Assembly (NCBI GenBank): GCA_913041065.1
Contig: CAJWII010000001.1
Location: forward strand, 9,456-73,455
DNA length: 64,000 bases
From: an uncultured Flavobacteriales bacterium
GTDB lineage: Bacteria > Bacteroidota > Bacteroidia > Flavobacteriales_D > Sanyastnellaceae
Reading direction: 5' to 3'
In this document: positions 20,774 through 32,385 of the stretch, one piece after another
Layout of the letters: every line of letters begins with the position of its first letter
Numbering within the stretch: position 1 is the first letter of the stretch
Translations under genes and position numbers: made by a program
Notes under the pieces: generated by a model
The model's database searches: none
Told to the model about the DNA's origin: nothing
The model's input: only the letters and a program-made list of their open reading frames with translations

Positions 20774-22225
20774 TTAAGATGCCGTGGCCAGGACCGCGTA
20801 GCTGTAAGGGGCCATCTCCTGGCCTTCATCCCAGCCCGTGACGCCATAGCTTCCCATTACAGGGGCCAACTCGGCCTCAGGCAGGGCGAGCATCACGGTT
20901 TGGGCATCGGCAGAGAAGTTCAAAACCACCACCACTGTGCTTTCGCCTTTCTGCTTGTAGAATGCGAAGACCGACTCGTCGGCAGACGTGGCCAACAACT
21001 TGGGCGCACCCCCAAAGTCTCCATTCCAGAGGGCTTCACGTGTGTGGTTGAGTTCGTTTAAAGTGCGGTAAAAGTCGGCCTTGTCGTAGCCACTCCACTG
21101 CACGGTGTCCTTTTCAAAGAACCGCAAGCGGTCTCGGTTGTAAGACTCTTGGCCCGAATACACCAACGGCATGTCCAACAGCATTCCCGCCAACACCGCC
21201 ATGGCGTCGCCCGCGTCGCCGTAGCGCTCCTCCACGGTGCCGTTCCAGCTGTTCTCGTCGTGGTTGGTGATGAACCCCATGCGGTAGGCGTCGGTCGCAA
21301 AACGCTCGGCCTCTTCATGCACGTAATCGCGCAACACCTGGACAGGCTCCTTTCCTTGGGCCACTTGGTTGGTCAAGTGGTGGAAGTGCCACCCGTAGCT
21401 CATGTCGAAGGCGCGGTTGTGGTGCTCAGGCTCCTCGGCCTCTGCGAGCATGAACACGTCGGGCTTGACTGCCTCCAATTGGCGGCGGGCCATCTCCCAA
21501 AACGGGGTCGGCACCTTCATCGCCACGTCGCAACGGTACCCATCCACCCCGTAGTTCTCCACCCAGTGCACCAGGGCGTCGGCCATGCCCGCGTACAAGC
21601 CATTGTCCACGCCGTTTTCCCAATCAAGCTGGGCCACGTCCCACCAGTCGGTGCCCAAGGGGGGCTGCAGGTTCCCAAGGCTGTCGAGCAGGTAGTATTC
21701 CTTGTGCGACTCGATCCAAACGCAGTCGAAGGCGCTGTGGTTGGCCACCCAGTCCAAAATCACCCGCAAGCCCAACGCGTGGGCTTCGTTCACGAAACGC
21801 TGGAAGTCCTGCAGGGTTCCGTAGTCCGGATTGATGGCGTAGTAGTCCTGCACGCTGTAAGGGCTTCCCAGCGAGGAACTGCCGGGCTCCACAATGTAAT
21901 TGTTGGCGTTTTCGCCGCCTTTGCGGTTGACCTCTCCAATGGGGTGCACGGGCATCAGCCACAAAATGTCTGCACCCAGTTCCTTCAACCGAGGAAGGTC
22001 TGGGATCAACGCATTGAACGTGCCCTCAGGAGTGTGCTGGCGCACGTTCACCTCGTAAATCGTCGCGTTCTTGGTCCACTCGGCGTGCACCAGCACGTCG
22101 GCCTGCTCGCCAGAACCCAGCACCTCCACATCGCCGGAGGGGTTGGGACCTCCGCAAGAAGTCAAGACAGCAGACAACAATGCCGAGACGGCCAAGGCAC
22201 AAGTGTGGAAAGTCAATCGGTTCAT
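20774..22225 (-). CDS. GH13 alpha-amylase-family glycoside hydrolase (lipoprotein)
   Basis: Lipobox LSAVLTSCGG. GH13 conserved regions DWVANH, GYRCDVA, MLAEAEE and FITNHDE. A near-consensus box, TACCTTTC, lies at 22244..22251. Confidence 0.9.
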   Translation of the reverse strand: MNRLTFHTCALAVSALLSAVLTSCGGPNPSGDVEVLGSGEQADVLVHAEWTKNATIYEVNVRQHTPEGTFNALIPDLPRLKELGADILWLMPVHPIGEVNRKGGENANNYIVEPGSSSLGSPYSVQDYYAINPDYGTLQDFQRFVNEAHALGLRVILDWVANHSAFDCVWIESHKEYYLLDSLGNLQPPLGTDWWDVAQLDWENGVDNGLYAGMADALVHWVENYGVDGYRCDVAMKVPTPFWEMARRQLEAVKPDVFMLAEAEEPEHHNRAFDMSYGWHFHHLTNQVAQGKEPVQVLRDYVHEEAERFATDAYRMGFITNHDENSWNGTVEERYGDAGDAMAVLAGMLLDMPLVYSGQESYNRDRLRFFEKDTVQWSGYDKADFYRTLNELNHTREALWNGDFGGAPKLLATSADESVFAFYKQKGESTVVVVLNFSADAQTVMLALPEAELAPVMGSYGVTGWDEGQEMAPYSYAVLATAS

Positions 22226-22314
22226 CGGGTTCTTTTTGGAGTCGAAAGGTAGCGCATTTGGGACTTGGTGTACATTGAACACCAAGCCCTTTTCTCCATG
22301 TGCCAAGCGACCGA

Positions 22315-25059
22315 TCAGAACAACGACGCCTGTCCGCCCTCGTCCACCTCAGGCGCCGGTGCAGGGGCCTTGGGTGTCGGTTCTGGCTGGGCCTCGGTTT
22401 CAGCCTCTGGCCTTTCTGGGACAGCTTCTGGCAGAGCTGCCGTGGTGGCTTCACGCGCCGCATCGGCAGCGCGCGCCGCGTCCAGCTCTTGCTCCAACGC
22501 TTGCTCCAGCTCTTCGACTGGAGGCTCGAGGCTCACTTCCGTTACAGGCAATGCGCTGAGCTTGTTGCCCAAGGCCTTCACCCCTTTCAACGAAATGAAG
22601 CCTCTCAAGTCCAGCACGTCGTCTTCCCGGTCACGGGTGTGTTTGAAGCGGCGGTTGTAGCGGATGCGCACATGCGGGTGGTGCAACGTCGAAGCCACCC
22701 ACAGCTTGGACTGCTCGTGCTCGCCAATGAATCCAGTGGGGTTTTTGCTGAATTCGGGCAAGAACCGCTTGACGTACCACTCGTCCTTCTCCCCCTCGTA
22801 GTACACCACAGACACAGGACGGTCCTCGTCAAACTTCTCGAGGTGGACCATCTTGTCGTCGAAGTGGGTGCTCAGGTCGAAGCTCGAAAACGCATACGAC
22901 CCGTCGTCCAAGAGCATCAAGATTTTCTCCTCCGCCTTAAAGTCGCCCAAGAACCGGCCCCGTCCATCCGCATTCAAACGACGCACGGTGTCGTCGTACC
23001 ACACCTCGCGTGCCCCCAAGGTGCTCACGCCGGCCTCTTTCAACTCCACCTTCCGAACCGAGAACTTGGAGACCAAGTTGCCTCCTGCTCCACGGCCCTT
23101 GATGGCGATGTCACTGAAGTCGACGTCGAACTTGACCTTCTTCAAGCGGGCTTGGGCGCGCAGGAAGATGGACACCACCTCCGCCTCGCCGTTGGGGTTG
23201 GCTGTGAAGTACAAGACTTTGGACTTGGGCGTGCCTTTGGTGATGGGGTATTCTCGGTCGCGGGTGATGGACGTGACGTTAAAACGTTTCACCATGCTTT
23301 TGCCCGTTGCGCCGTCCAGGTAGATGACGTTGTAGGTCGTACGCTTGTCCCCACGCTTCCAGACGGCGGCATACAGCAGGTTTTTCCCAAAGAATGCCTT
23401 GGACGAAACCTTGCTCACTTGCATGACTCCGTCATTCCGGAACACAATGATGTCGTCGATGTCGGAACAGTCCCCAAGCAGTTCCCCTTCGGTTCGCTTC
23501 AACCCTGTGCCCACGAAACCCTCATCGGGGTTCCAGTAAAGCTTGGCGTTCGCCACCGCCACCTTGCTGCGGTCGATGGACTCGAAGGTGCGGAGTTCAG
23601 TCTTGCGCTCGCGGCCGGCACCGTACTTCTCTTTGAGACGCTTGAACCAGGCGATGGCGTATTCCGTGAGATGGGCCAAGTGGTCCTTCACGCGCTCGAT
23701 CTCTTCTTCCAACGACGCGATGCGTTCGTCAGCCTTGAAGCTGTCAAACTTGGAAATGCGCTTGATCCGAATCTCGGTGAGTCGGGTGACGTCCTCGTCC
23801 GTCACCTCTCGCAACAGGTGCTTGATGTGCGGCTTGAGGCCTTCGTGGATGGCAGTGAGGATCTCTTCCCACGTTTCGCATTCCTCGATGTCGCGGTAGA
23901 TGCGGTTTTCGATGAAGATTTTCTCCAACGAGGCGAAATGCCAAGTTTCCTGGAGTTCGCCAAGCTCAATTTCAAGCTCCCTCTTGAGCAAATGCCGCGT
24001 GCGGTCGGCGCTGATCTTCAGGATCTCGGTCGCCCCCATGAAGACGGGCTTGTCGTCAAACACGACGCAGCTGTTGGGCGCCAAACTGACTTCGCAGTCC
24101 GTGAACGCGTACAGGGCATCCAACATCTTGTCCGGTGACACGTTGTTGGCCAAGTGAACGACCACCTCGACTTTGTCGGCGGTGTTGTCCTCCACCTTCT
24201 TGATCTTGATTTTGCCCTTGTCGTTGGCTTTCAAGATGCTGTCAATGAGCGACCCTGTGGTGACGCCGTAGGGCACTTCCCGGACCACCAAAGTCTTGTT
24301 GTCCACCTTGTCAATGCGGGCCCGAACGCGCACCCGGTCCCCGCGAAGCCCGTCGTTGTAGTTCTCCATGTCGGCCATCCCTCCAGTTGGGAAGTCCGGG
24401 TAGAGTTTGAAGCGCTTGTTTTGGTAGTGCGCGATGCAAGCTTCGATCAACTCAATGAAATTGTAGGGCAGGATTTTGCAGGCCAACCCCACGGCGATGC
24501 CGTCCACCCCGCTGGACAACAGCAAGGGGAATTTGACAGGCAACGTCTCAGGCTCCTTGTTGCGGCCGTCGTAGCTGGAGAGCCAAGTTGTGGTCTTGGC
24601 ATTGAAGAGCACCTCCAGCGCAAACTTGCTCAGCTTGACCTCGATGTAACGCGGGGCCGCGGCACGGTCCCCCGTCAAGATGTTGCCCCAGTTTCCTTGG
24701 CAGTCCAACAGCAGCTCGCGCTGTCCAATTTGGACCATGGCGTCACCGATGCTGGCGTCCCCGTGGGGATGGTACTTCATCGTGTTGCCGATGACGTTGG
24801 CCACCTTGTGGAAACGGCCGTCGTCCATTTCACGCAAGCTGTGCAAGATGCGCCGCTGCACGGGCTTCAGGCCGTCGTGCTGGTGCGGCACTGCACGCTC
24901 GAGGATGACGTAACTGGCGTAGTCGAGGAAGTAATCGTTGTACATGCCACGGACCGGGATCACCCGCTCCATCTCTCCAGATTCGCCTGCCCCTTCTTCC
25001 CCGGCAAACTCGTCGTCGCGCTCGTCGCGCTCGTCGTCGTGGTGCTCTTGCTCGCTCAT
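22315..25059 (-). CDS. parC: DNA topoisomerase IV subunit A (Bacteroidota ParC type)
   Basis: [27 protein letters not shown] and the catalytic-Tyr region AAPRYIE. ATGA-coupled to parE. It has acidic N- and Ala/Pro/Glu-rich C-terminal low-complexity tails. Confidence 0.9.
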   Translation of the reverse strand: MSEQEHHDDERDERDDEFAGEEGAGESGEMERVIPVRGMYNDYFLDYASYVILERAVPHQHDGLKPVQRRILHSLREMDDGRFHKVANVIGNTMKYHPHGDASIGDAMVQIGQRELLLDCQGNWGNILTGDRAAAPRYIEVKLSKFALEVLFNAKTTTWLSSYDGRNKEPETLPVKFPLLLSSGVDGIAVGLACKILPYNFIELIEACIAHYQNKRFKLYPDFPTGGMADMENYNDGLRGDRVRVRARIDKVDNKTLVVREVPYGVTTGSLIDSILKANDKGKIKIKKVEDNTADKVEVVVHLANNVSPDKMLDALYAFTDCEVSLAPNSCVVFDDKPVFMGATEILKISADRTRHLLKRELEIELGELQETWHFASLEKIFIENRIYRDIEECETWEEILTAIHEGLKPHIKHLLREVTDEDVTRLTEIRIKRISKFDSFKADERIASLEEEIERVKDHLAHLTEYAIAWFKRLKEKYGAGRERKTELRTFESIDRSKVAVANAKLYWNPDEGFVGTGLKRTEGELLGDCSDIDDIIVFRNDGVMQVSKVSSKAFFGKNLLYAAVWKRGDKRTTYNVIYLDGATGKSMVKRFNVTSITRDREYPITKGTPKSKVLYFTANPNGEAEVVSIFLRAQARLKKVKFDVDFSDIAIKGRGAGGNLVSKFSVRKVELKEAGVSTLGAREVWYDDTVRRLNADGRGRFLGDFKAEEKILMLLDDGSYAFSSFDLSTHFDDKMVHLEKFDEDRPVSVVYYEGEKDEWYVKRFLPEFSKNPTGFIGEHEQSKLWVASTLHHPHVRIRYNRRFKHTRDREDDVLDLRGFISLKGVKALGNKLSALPVTEVSLEPPVEELEQALEQELDAARAADAAREATTAALPEAVPERPEAETEAQPEPTPKAPAPAPEVDEGGQASLF

Positions 25060-26906
25060 GCTTCCGTCAATTCGTCCTTCTCCACACGGAGGTTCTCAAT
25101 GATGAATTTTTGGCGGTTGGGGGTGTTCTTGCCCATGAAGAAGCCCAGCATCTCTTGGAGGCTCTGCTCCTTGCCGATGACCACAGGGTCCAACCGGATG
25201 TCCTCGCCGATGAAGTGGCTGAATTCGTCTGGGCTGATTTCCCCCAACCCTTTGAATCGGGTGATTTCTGCCCGTGCTCCCAAGTCTCCGAGGGCGGCTT
25301 GCTTCTCACCTTCGTCGTAACAGTAGCGCGTCTCCTTTTTGTTTCGCACGCGGAACAGCGGCGTTTGCAACACGTACAGGTGGCCCCGTTTGACCAATTC
25401 GGGGAAGAACTGCAGGAAAAAGGTGATCAGGAGCAATCGGATGTGCATGCCATCGACGTCCGCATCCGTGGCGATGACCACCTTGTTGTAGCGCAAGGTG
25501 TCCAGCCCATCCTCGATGTTGAGTGCGGCCTGCAGAAGGTTGAACTCCTCGTTTTCGTAGACCACCTTCTTGGTCAGGCCAAAGCTGTTGAGCGGCTTTC
25601 CCTTCAGGCTGAACACCGCCTGGGTGGCCACGTCACGGGCTTTCGTGATGGAACCCGACGCCGAGTCTCCCTCCGTGATGAATAGGGTCGTTTCCTCGTT
25701 GCGGTCCTTCTTGGTGTCTGTAAGGTGAAGGCGGCAGTCCCGCAACTTGCGGTTGTGCAGGGAGGCCTTCTTGGCGCGCTCGCGGGCGAGCTTCTTAATG
25801 CCAGCGAGGTCTTTCCGCTCCTTCTCGCTTTGAATGATCCGGGCCTGAAGGGCCTGGGCGACTTCAGGGTTTCGGTGCAGGAAATTGTCCAGCTCCCGCT
25901 TCAAAAACTCAAACACAAAGCTCTTCAACGTCGGACGGTCGGGCCCCACTTCGAGGGAGCCGAGCTTGGTTTTGGTCTGCGATTCAAACACCGGCTCCTC
26001 CACCTTCACGGCCACCGCCGCAGAAATGCCGCCACGGATGTCCTGGGCGTCGTAGTCCTTGCCAAAGAAGTCCCGGACCACCCGGATGTAAGCCTCGCGA
26101 AAGGCCGCCTGGTGCGTCCCTCCCTGCGGGGTGTATTGGCCGTTGACGAAGCTTTGATAGTCCTCGCCGTAAGCGTCGGTGTGCGTCATGGCCACTTCGA
26201 TGTCTTCTCCGGAGATGTGCACGATGGGGTAACGCAGCTTGCTGTCAAGCCGATCCTCCAAAAGGTCCTTCAACCCGTGCTCGCTTCGGAACTTCTCGCC
26301 GTTCAGGTAAAGCGTGAGACCTGTGTTTAGGTAGGCGTAGTTCCACAGCAGCTTTTCCACATGTTCGGTCCGGAACCGGTACGCCTTGAAGATGTCCGGG
26401 TCCGGCTTGAAGCGAATGCGTGTGCCGTTGCGCTTGGTGGTCGACTCCACCTTGGCGTCGTCCGTGAGTTCGCCAAGGACGAAGCCTGCGCGCTTCATTT
26501 GTCCCTCTCGCACACTCTCCACCACGAATTCCGTGCTCAACGCGTTCACCGCCTTGGTGCCCACGCCGTTCAAACCGACCGACTTCTTGAACGCCCGGCT
26601 GTCGTACTTGCCGCCGGTGTTGATCTTGGACACGCAGTCGACCACCTTTCCCAAGGGAATGCCACGGCCGTAGTCGCGAACACGCACTTCGTCGTCCTTG
26701 ATTGCCACCTCGATGGTGCGTCCATGCCCCATGGTGTACTCGTCGATGCTGTTGTCGACCACCTCCTTCAGGAGCACGTAGATGCCGTCGTCGGCGTCCT
26801 TGCCGTCTCCCAATTTCCCGATGTACATCCCGGGGCGCATCCGGATGTGCTCCTTCCAATCGAGGCTCCGAATGTTGTCTTCCGTGTACTGGACTTGCTC
26901 TGCCAT
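25056..26906 (-). CDS. parE: DNA topoisomerase IV subunit B
   Basis: The start [30 protein letters not shown], a GHKL ATPase domain, and the TOPRIM motif [10 protein letters not shown]. Confidence 0.92.
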   Translation of the reverse strand: MAEQVQYTEDNIRSLDWKEHIRMRPGMYIGKLGDGKDADDGIYVLLKEVVDNSIDEYTMGHGRTIEVAIKDDEVRVRDYGRGIPLGKVVDCVSKINTGGKYDSRAFKKSVGLNGVGTKAVNALSTEFVVESVREGQMKRAGFVLGELTDDAKVESTTKRNGTRIRFKPDPDIFKAYRFRTEHVEKLLWNYAYLNTGLTLYLNGEKFRSEHGLKDLLEDRLDSKLRYPIVHISGEDIEVAMTHTDAYGEDYQSFVNGQYTPQGGTHQAAFREAYIRVVRDFFGKDYDAQDIRGGISAAVAVKVEEPVFESQTKTKLGSLEVGPDRPTLKSFVFEFLKRELDNFLHRNPEVAQALQARIIQSEKERKDLAGIKKLARERAKKASLHNRKLRDCRLHLTDTKKDRNEETTLFITEGDSASGSITKARDVATQAVFSLKGKPLNSFGLTKKVVYENEEFNLLQAALNIEDGLDTLRYNKVVIATDADVDGMHIRLLLITFFLQFFPELVKRGHLYVLQTPLFRVRNKKETRYCYDEGEKQAALGDLGARAEITRFKGLGEISPDEFSHFIGEDIRLDPVVIGKEQSLQEMLGFFMGKNTPNRQKFIIENLRVEKDELTEA

Positions 26907-27016
26907 ATCTGCCTCTAAAGTACCGATGTGCTTCAGGCTTCCACCCCAGGCCAAACCCCAACTTTTCCACACCCCACGCGCCTTTCACTCACCATTCGAA
27001 CCCTACCTTTCGAGGC

Positions 27017-28501
27017 ATGACAGACCACGCCGACCACCCCAACCATCCCGTGCGCCGACTCGAGCCCGCGGACCTGTGGAATCGATTCGCCGATTTGAAC
27101 GCCATTCCACGCCCGTCCAAGCAGGAGGGCAGGGTGGTCGAATGGCTCCACGAATGGGCCGCCGCGAAGGGGCTTGAATCGCTTCAAGACGAGGTGGGCA
27201 ACGTGTTGATCAAGAAGCATTCAACCCCAGAAATGGAATCGCGGAAAACGGTGGTGCTCCAAAGCCACGTGGACATGGTTTGTCAGAAGAACGAAGCCAC
27301 AGAATTCGACTTCATGGCCCAGGGCATTCGGATGCTTGTGGACGGCGATTGGGTTCGTGCGGCAGGCACCACTTTGGGGGCCGACAACGGCATCGGTGTG
27401 GCGACCATTTTGGCGGTGTTGGAAAGCAACGACATTCCACATCCTGCCTTGGAGGCCCTCTTCACCATCGACGAAGAAACCGGCATGACCGGCGCCCTCG
27501 GACTCCAGGGCGGTTTCCTCTCCGGAGACATCCTGATCAACCTCGACACCGAGGACGACGACGAAATCAGCATCGGCTGCGCGGGCGGTGTGGACCTCAC
27601 CTCGCGCGGCACGTACATCCAAGAAGCCGCGGTGACCGACGGCAACGTCGCACTCGAACTCGTGGTTCGCGGGGCCTCAGGAGGTCACAGCGGCATGGAC
27701 ATCCACAAAGGCTTGGCCAACGCCAACAAATTGGGCAACCGCGTGGTGCTCGAAGCCCTCGACCACGTGGACCTGCGCGTCGCCTCGATTCAAGGAGGGG
27801 GCCTGCGCAACGCCATCCCGCGTGAGTCCAAGACCACCTTGGTGTGTGCCCAGGAGGACCTCGCCGCCCTGGAATCGGCCCTGACGGAAAGCCGCGACAC
27901 GCTGAAAGTGGAGTACGCCACCACCGATCCCGACCTCTCCGTCGAATGGACCTCCGCGGCGCTGCCGGGCCACGTGATGGGCGAAGAAGACCAGTATGCT
28001 TTGTTGCTCGCCATCCAGACGTGCCCTGTGGGCATCCACCGAATGAGCCCCGACATTCCGGGATTGGTCCAAACCTCCAACAACCTTGCACGGGTGGACG
28101 TGCAGGACGGACAAGTGGAAATCCAGTGCCTCAACCGAAGCAGCGTCGATTCTGAAAAGGACGACCACGCGCGAAGCATCGAAGCCGCGTTTGCGCTGGC
28201 GGGATTGCAGACCGAACGCAGCGGAGCTTACCCAGGCTGGACCCCCAACCCGAGCAGCGAAGCTGTGGCCATGTGCCGCGACTTGTACGAGAAGCGCTAC
28301 AACGAGGCGCCTCGCGTTTTGGCGTGTCATGCCGGGTTGGAGTGTGGGATTTTGGGGACCAACTACCCCGAGATGGACATGGTGTCCTTTGGGCCCAACA
28401 TCCGCGGCGCGCACAGCCCTGACGAATGCGTCCAAATCAGTTCTGTCCAAAAGTTCTGGGGCTACTTTCTGGAGGTTTTGAACCGCACCCCAGAAGCTTG
28501 A
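27017..28501 (+). CDS. pepD: aminoacyl-histidine (Xaa-His) dipeptidase, M20 family
   Basis: LWNRFADLNAIPRPSKQE, LQSHVDMV, GADNGIG and FTIDEETGMTGA. I chose the ATG at 27017, which is preceded by TACCTTTC at 27004..27011. Confidence 0.9.
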   Translation: MTDHADHPNHPVRRLEPADLWNRFADLNAIPRPSKQEGRVVEWLHEWAAAKGLESLQDEVGNVLIKKHSTPEMESRKTVVLQSHVDMVCQKNEATEFDFMAQGIRMLVDGDWVRAAGTTLGADNGIGVATILAVLESNDIPHPALEALFTIDEETGMTGALGLQGGFLSGDILINLDTEDDDEISIGCAGGVDLTSRGTYIQEAAVTDGNVALELVVRGASGGHSGMDIHKGLANANKLGNRVVLEALDHVDLRVASIQGGGLRNAIPRESKTTLVCAQEDLAALESALTESRDTLKVEYATTDPDLSVEWTSAALPGHVMGEEDQYALLLAIQTCPVGIHRMSPDIPGLVQTSNNLARVDVQDGQVEIQCLNRSSVDSEKDDHARSIEAAFALAGLQTERSGAYPGWTPNPSSEAVAMCRDLYEKRYNEAPRVLACHAGLECGILGTNYPEMDMVSFGPNIRGAHSPDECVQISSVQKFWGYFLEVLNRTPEA

Positions 28502-28505
28502 CGAC

Positions 28506-29297
28506 ATGAGCCAACCCGCTGCCCGCCCCCTCATCCTCGTCACCAACGACGATGGCATCACCGCACCTGGCATTCGCAACCTGGTGGAGTCCATTGCCGA
28601 CCTCGGTGACGTGGTGGTCGTGGCGCCCAACAACCACCAATCTGGCATGGGCCACGCCATCACCATCAGCAACATCTTGAAGATGTGGCCGCACGACTTT
28701 GGCATGGAGGGTGTGCGAGCGTACAAGACGTCGGGCACGCCGGTGGACTGCGTCAAGCTCGCCATCTACAAGATTTTGGACCGCACCCCAGACATCCTGC
28801 TCAGCGGCATCAACCACGGGAGCAACAGCTCCATCAACGTCATCTACTCTGGCACGATGGGCGCGGCGGTGGAAGGTGCGCTGGAAGGCATCCCCTCCGT
28901 GGGCTTTTCGCTGTGTGACTTCGCCGAGGACGCTGACTTCAGGGGCGCCTGCCGAGCGGTCCGGACGGTCACGGAGAAGGTGCTGAAAGAAGGCACGCCC
29001 AAGGGCACTTGCCTGAACGTCAACATCCCCAAGGTGGCCCCAGAGGCCTTGAAAGGACTGCGCATTAGCCGCCAGGCCGCGGGACACTGGGCTGATTCAT
29101 TCGAAGAACGCACCGCGCCTGGTGGGCGTCCATATTACTGGATGACAGGCAACTTCACCGACGTGGATTCTGGAGAAGACACCGACGAGTGGGCCTTGCG
29201 CCACGGGTACGTCAGCGTGGTCCCTGTGCAGTACGACCTCACGGCCCATCACGCCATGGCAGAGTTGAACCAATGGCACCTCGGTTTTGACAGCTGA
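28506..29297 (+). CDS. surE: 5'/3'-nucleotidase SurE
   Basis: LILVTNDDGITAPGIRNL, INHGSN and YSGTMGAA. Confidence 0.95.
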   Translation: MSQPAARPLILVTNDDGITAPGIRNLVESIADLGDVVVVAPNNHQSGMGHAITISNILKMWPHDFGMEGVRAYKTSGTPVDCVKLAIYKILDRTPDILLSGINHGSNSSINVIYSGTMGAAVEGALEGIPSVGFSLCDFAEDADFRGACRAVRTVTEKVLKEGTPKGTCLNVNIPKVAPEALKGLRISRQAAGHWADSFEERTAPGGRPYYWMTGNFTDVDSGEDTDEWALRHGYVSVVPVQYDLTAHHAMAELNQWHLGFDS

Positions 29298-29610
29298 CCG
29301 GGCCAAATTCGACACGCTGCCTTTGGGCCTGCTTGCAGGATTGGTGGGCACAGCCCTTGGAGGTTTGCTGTTGGGCCAATGGTGGGCTTGGGCGAACGGC
29401 ACCTCGTTCCAACATTTCTACAAAACCGTGGTCCTGGGCAGCCAGATTTACCGCGACAGCATCTTGACGGCGAGCACGTTGTTGAACGTGGTCTTGTTTT
29501 GGGTGGCCAACCGCATGGGCTGGGAGCGCATCGCCCAAGGCTTGCTCGGAGTGATTTTGATCACCGTGCCCTTCATCGTCTATTTCCAATCCAACGCAGG
29601 CACCCTTTGA
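29287..29610 (+). CDS. small hypothetical membrane protein (about 3 TM helices)
   Basis: 107-aa hydrophobic ORF filling the gap between surE and lpxB. It overlaps surE by 11 nt. Confidence 0.55.
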   Translation: MTADRAKFDTLPLGLLAGLVGTALGGLLLGQWWAWANGTSFQHFYKTVVLGSQIYRDSILTASTLLNVVLFWVANRMGWERIAQGLLGVILITVPFIVYFQSNAGTL

Positions 29611-29613
29611 CCC

Positions 29614-30753
29614 ATGGGCGCACCTCGTCCCTTGAACCGTCCTGGTCAATTCCACGTGTTTTTCTTGGTGGGTGAAGCCTCCGGGGACGTGTATGGCGCA
29701 GGGTTGATTCGAGCCCTTCGGACGGAGGCTGAGGCTCTTGGGCTGTCTTTCACCTGCACGGGCTGGGGAGGCGACGCCATGGCCGAATCTGGCATGGACG
29801 TCTTGACCCATTGCAACGACATCAACCACATGGGCTTTTGGGAAGTGTTCAAACACCTCCCCTCCATCTTAGGCAACTTCAAGCGCGCCCAGCGAGACAT
29901 TCAAGGCGCCGAGCCTGACGTCGTCGTCACCATCGACTTCCCTGGCTTCAACATGCGCCTGGCCAAACGGCTGAGAAAAGCCCAACACCCGGCCTTTCGG
30001 TTGCAATGGGTGGCGCCCCAGATTTGGGCTTGGAAGGCGGGGCGCGTGCACGCCCTGGCGCATGACTTCGATGCCGTGGCGCCCATCCTGCCGTTCGAAC
30101 GCGGCGCCCTTGAATCGGCCAAGGTGGAGGTATGGGACGAAGGGCACCCCTTGCTCGACATCGTCCAGCCGGCCTCGTCCGAGAATACACCCTCCCATGA
30201 CCTGGTCTTGTTGCCTGGCTCACGGGCGCAGGAGCTCGATCACCACTTGGAGGTCATGGTGAACGCCGCCCAGCAAGGCGCTGCGCAGGGGTTGTGGTCG
30301 CTGCCAGACGTGGTAGTCGCGGGCGCCCCGGGCCGATCCATGGCCGACTACCGCCTCGCCACCGCAGCGGGCATCCAGGTGCGTTTTGGACACACTCAAA
30401 CCCTGCTCCAAGGCGCCCAACTTGCGTGGGTGGCCAGCGGAACCGCCACGCTCGAAGCGGCACTGCTCGGCACGCCCCACGTCGTGGTGTACAAGACAAG
30501 TCGGCTGACATACGCACTGGCCAAACGTTTGGCCCAGGTGGCCCACATTGGGCTCCCCAACCTTCTCGCAGGCAGGGAGATTGTGCCGGAACTGATCCAG
30601 GACCAGTTCACAGCCACCCAATTGCTGGACATCTCCCAACGTGGGTTGTCAAAGCAAAAACAGGAGTTTCAAGCTTTGAGGGATGTCCTCGGCGGTCCTG
30701 GTGCCACAAAGCGGTTGGCCAAGCGCCTGTTGGCCCAATTCGAGACCACCTGA
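29614..30753 (+). CDS. lpxB: lipid-A-disaccharide synthase
   Basis: FFLVGEASGDVYGAGLIRAL N-terminus and GTATLEAALLGTPHVVVYK. Confidence 0.93.
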   Translation: MGAPRPLNRPGQFHVFFLVGEASGDVYGAGLIRALRTEAEALGLSFTCTGWGGDAMAESGMDVLTHCNDINHMGFWEVFKHLPSILGNFKRAQRDIQGAEPDVVVTIDFPGFNMRLAKRLRKAQHPAFRLQWVAPQIWAWKAGRVHALAHDFDAVAPILPFERGALESAKVEVWDEGHPLLDIVQPASSENTPSHDLVLLPGSRAQELDHHLEVMVNAAQQGAAQGLWSLPDVVVAGAPGRSMADYRLATAAGIQVRFGHTQTLLQGAQLAWVASGTATLEAALLGTPHVVVYKTSRLTYALAKRLAQVAHIGLPNLLAGREIVPELIQDQFTATQLLDISQRGLSKQKQEFQALRDVLGGPGATKRLAKRLLAQFETT

Positions 30754-30763
30754 AGCCGGACGG

Positions 30764-32332
30764 TCAAAAGCCGACCAAGGTTTGTCCTTTGGGAAGCACC
30801 ACCTTCAGCACAACTTCGGCCGTCCACGGGACGTCTTTCTCCACCTGCACCCCGTCCCAACGCACTTCTCCGGTGTCTTCATCGTAAACACCTCCTGCGG
30901 ACGGCTCGACGCTCACGGCCCAACCAGAAGACCAGGGAAGGGCCTCCACAACGCTGACGCTGGCCACGCCCGGTTCCAGGTTGAACACCTGAAGCTGCCG
31001 GACTTGCTTCACGACGGTCTTCCCACTCAGCCTTTTGGTGCCGCTCTCGTCGCGCAACAAGGCGCGTGCAATGCGTACCGTTTCATCTGCACCGAGCATC
31101 ACGTTCAACGAATCGCCCCATGAAGGCATGTTCAGCGGCATGACGCCAAGCATGGCGCCGTTTTGAAACGCTCGCCCCTCGCCTGACAAGAATCCCGCGT
31201 CCATCCACGACTTGGTGTGGCACGACCGAAGCGCTTCTTCACCCAAGGAAGCGTTGGCCAACCAGGACGGGGTGGCGGGCAGCACGTGGCTGTCGAGCAA
31301 AACCCGGGCGGGATCCCCCGCACCTGACACCCCCACCCTGCCCTTCACATCGTGCTGCCAATTGCTGGACTGGGGCGCCTGGATGTTCAACACATCTTCC
31401 CGAGCGCGGTCGTCGGAAAGGCCGCTGTTCACCCACGCCACATTGGCTGAGTATCCGCCGTAGGACATGGCCGACTGTCGTTTGAGTTGGGGGCGTCGCG
31501 CCAGGGGCATGGCCGCGCCCAAAGGCTCACCTGTTCGAAGGACGAGCGACACGTCTTCCCAGTCGAGCCCGGTGGTTTGGACCACACGCGCAAAGCGCTC
31601 CACGCTGAGGGCGTCCTTGCCCTCATCCCACGACACGTCGTAACTCGACACCCATCCAGCGCGGCGCGTGGCCACGTGCACACGCAAGTCTCCACGACCT
31701 GTGCCGGCAAGAACCAGCTGCAAAGCTTGAGATGGCACGGCGGCGCGCACCTCCAAATCTGCCAGGTCTTGACGGGCCACATCCAATTCCAGTTGAAGCG
31801 CACGAATGTTGCTAACAAGGTCCACCCGCTCCAAGGACAACTCCCGGTGCTTTTGGGCCAGGTAGTGGCGCATTTCCTCCACGTCGTCCACCAGCAACAC
31901 TTCTCCACCACCGCCAATGTTGCGGTTGTATTCCAAGAACACGCGTTCTTGGTCCAGTGCCTGCAGCAAGGCCTCCTCCAACTCGAGGGCCAACGTCCGT
32001 CCCTCCACGTCGCTGCGCGCCGCACCCAGAACGCTTCCCAGGTCAGGCAGCACCTCAAGCTTGGATACAGTGATCAGCTCGAGCCCCCTGGGAAGTTCAA
32101 TTTGTGCGCTGGCTACGTCGATGTCGTCGGGAAGGTTGGGCAACGTCACCCGCAGTTCGTCGCCCTGCCCTTGCACCGACGTTTCAAACGACATCACCGC
32201 ACCCACTTCGTGGCATGTTACTGCATCGAGCAGCCATGGCTGTTCACCCTGGGCCCAGGACATGCCGGGACAGATCCACACCCATAACAACCCCAAAACC
32301 CATGCGCACAAGCGCGTCGCGTTAGAAACCAT
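30764..32332 (-). CDS. DUF4139 (MuiA-like) domain protein, secreted
   Basis: Signal peptide from the ATG at 32332 (LCAWVLGLLWVWICPGMSWAQ), a central coiled-coil segment, and WEDVSLVLRTGEPLGAAMPLARRPQL, which resembles the DUF4139 core. By recall only. Confidence 0.55.
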   Translation of the reverse strand: MVSNATRLCAWVLGLLWVWICPGMSWAQGEQPWLLDAVTCHEVGAVMSFETSVQGQGDELRVTLPNLPDDIDVASAQIELPRGLELITVSKLEVLPDLGSVLGAARSDVEGRTLALELEEALLQALDQERVFLEYNRNIGGGGEVLLVDDVEEMRHYLAQKHRELSLERVDLVSNIRALQLELDVARQDLADLEVRAAVPSQALQLVLAGTGRGDLRVHVATRRAGWVSSYDVSWDEGKDALSVERFARVVQTTGLDWEDVSLVLRTGEPLGAAMPLARRPQLKRQSAMSYGGYSANVAWVNSGLSDDRAREDVLNIQAPQSSNWQHDVKGRVGVSGAGDPARVLLDSHVLPATPSWLANASLGEEALRSCHTKSWMDAGFLSGEGRAFQNGAMLGVMPLNMPSWGDSLNVMLGADETVRIARALLRDESGTKRLSGKTVVKQVRQLQVFNLEPGVASVSVVEALPWSSGWAVSVEPSAGGVYDEDTGEVRWDGVQVEKDVPWTAEVVLKVVLPKGQTLVGF

Positions 32333-32385
32333 GTCGTTCAATTTGGGCTGAAAATACAACGCGTTTTTCGCGGGATTGGGACCGT

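Noticed and set aside
22252-22290. Hairpin cttggtgt-tcaatgt-acaccaag (minus strand) between parC and the amylase gene, considered as a terminator
   Set aside because: No U tract follows the stem. It may be an attenuating structure, but the evidence is insufficient to call it.
22300-25320. Plus-strand ORFs 22300..24138 (612 aa) and 24154..25320 (388 aa)
   Set aside because: They are antisense to parC and parE, which carry unambiguous topoisomerase motifs.
26702-27016. Long N-terminal extensions offered by the ORF track (pepD 26702, DUF5103 9209, SGNH 47578, MBOAT 48663, ligA 19585, parE 26972, amylase 22306, ung 56808)
   Set aside because: The extensions overlap neighbouring genes or promoter boxes and lack homology-like sequence. 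Internal ATGs give canonical N-termini or signal peptides.
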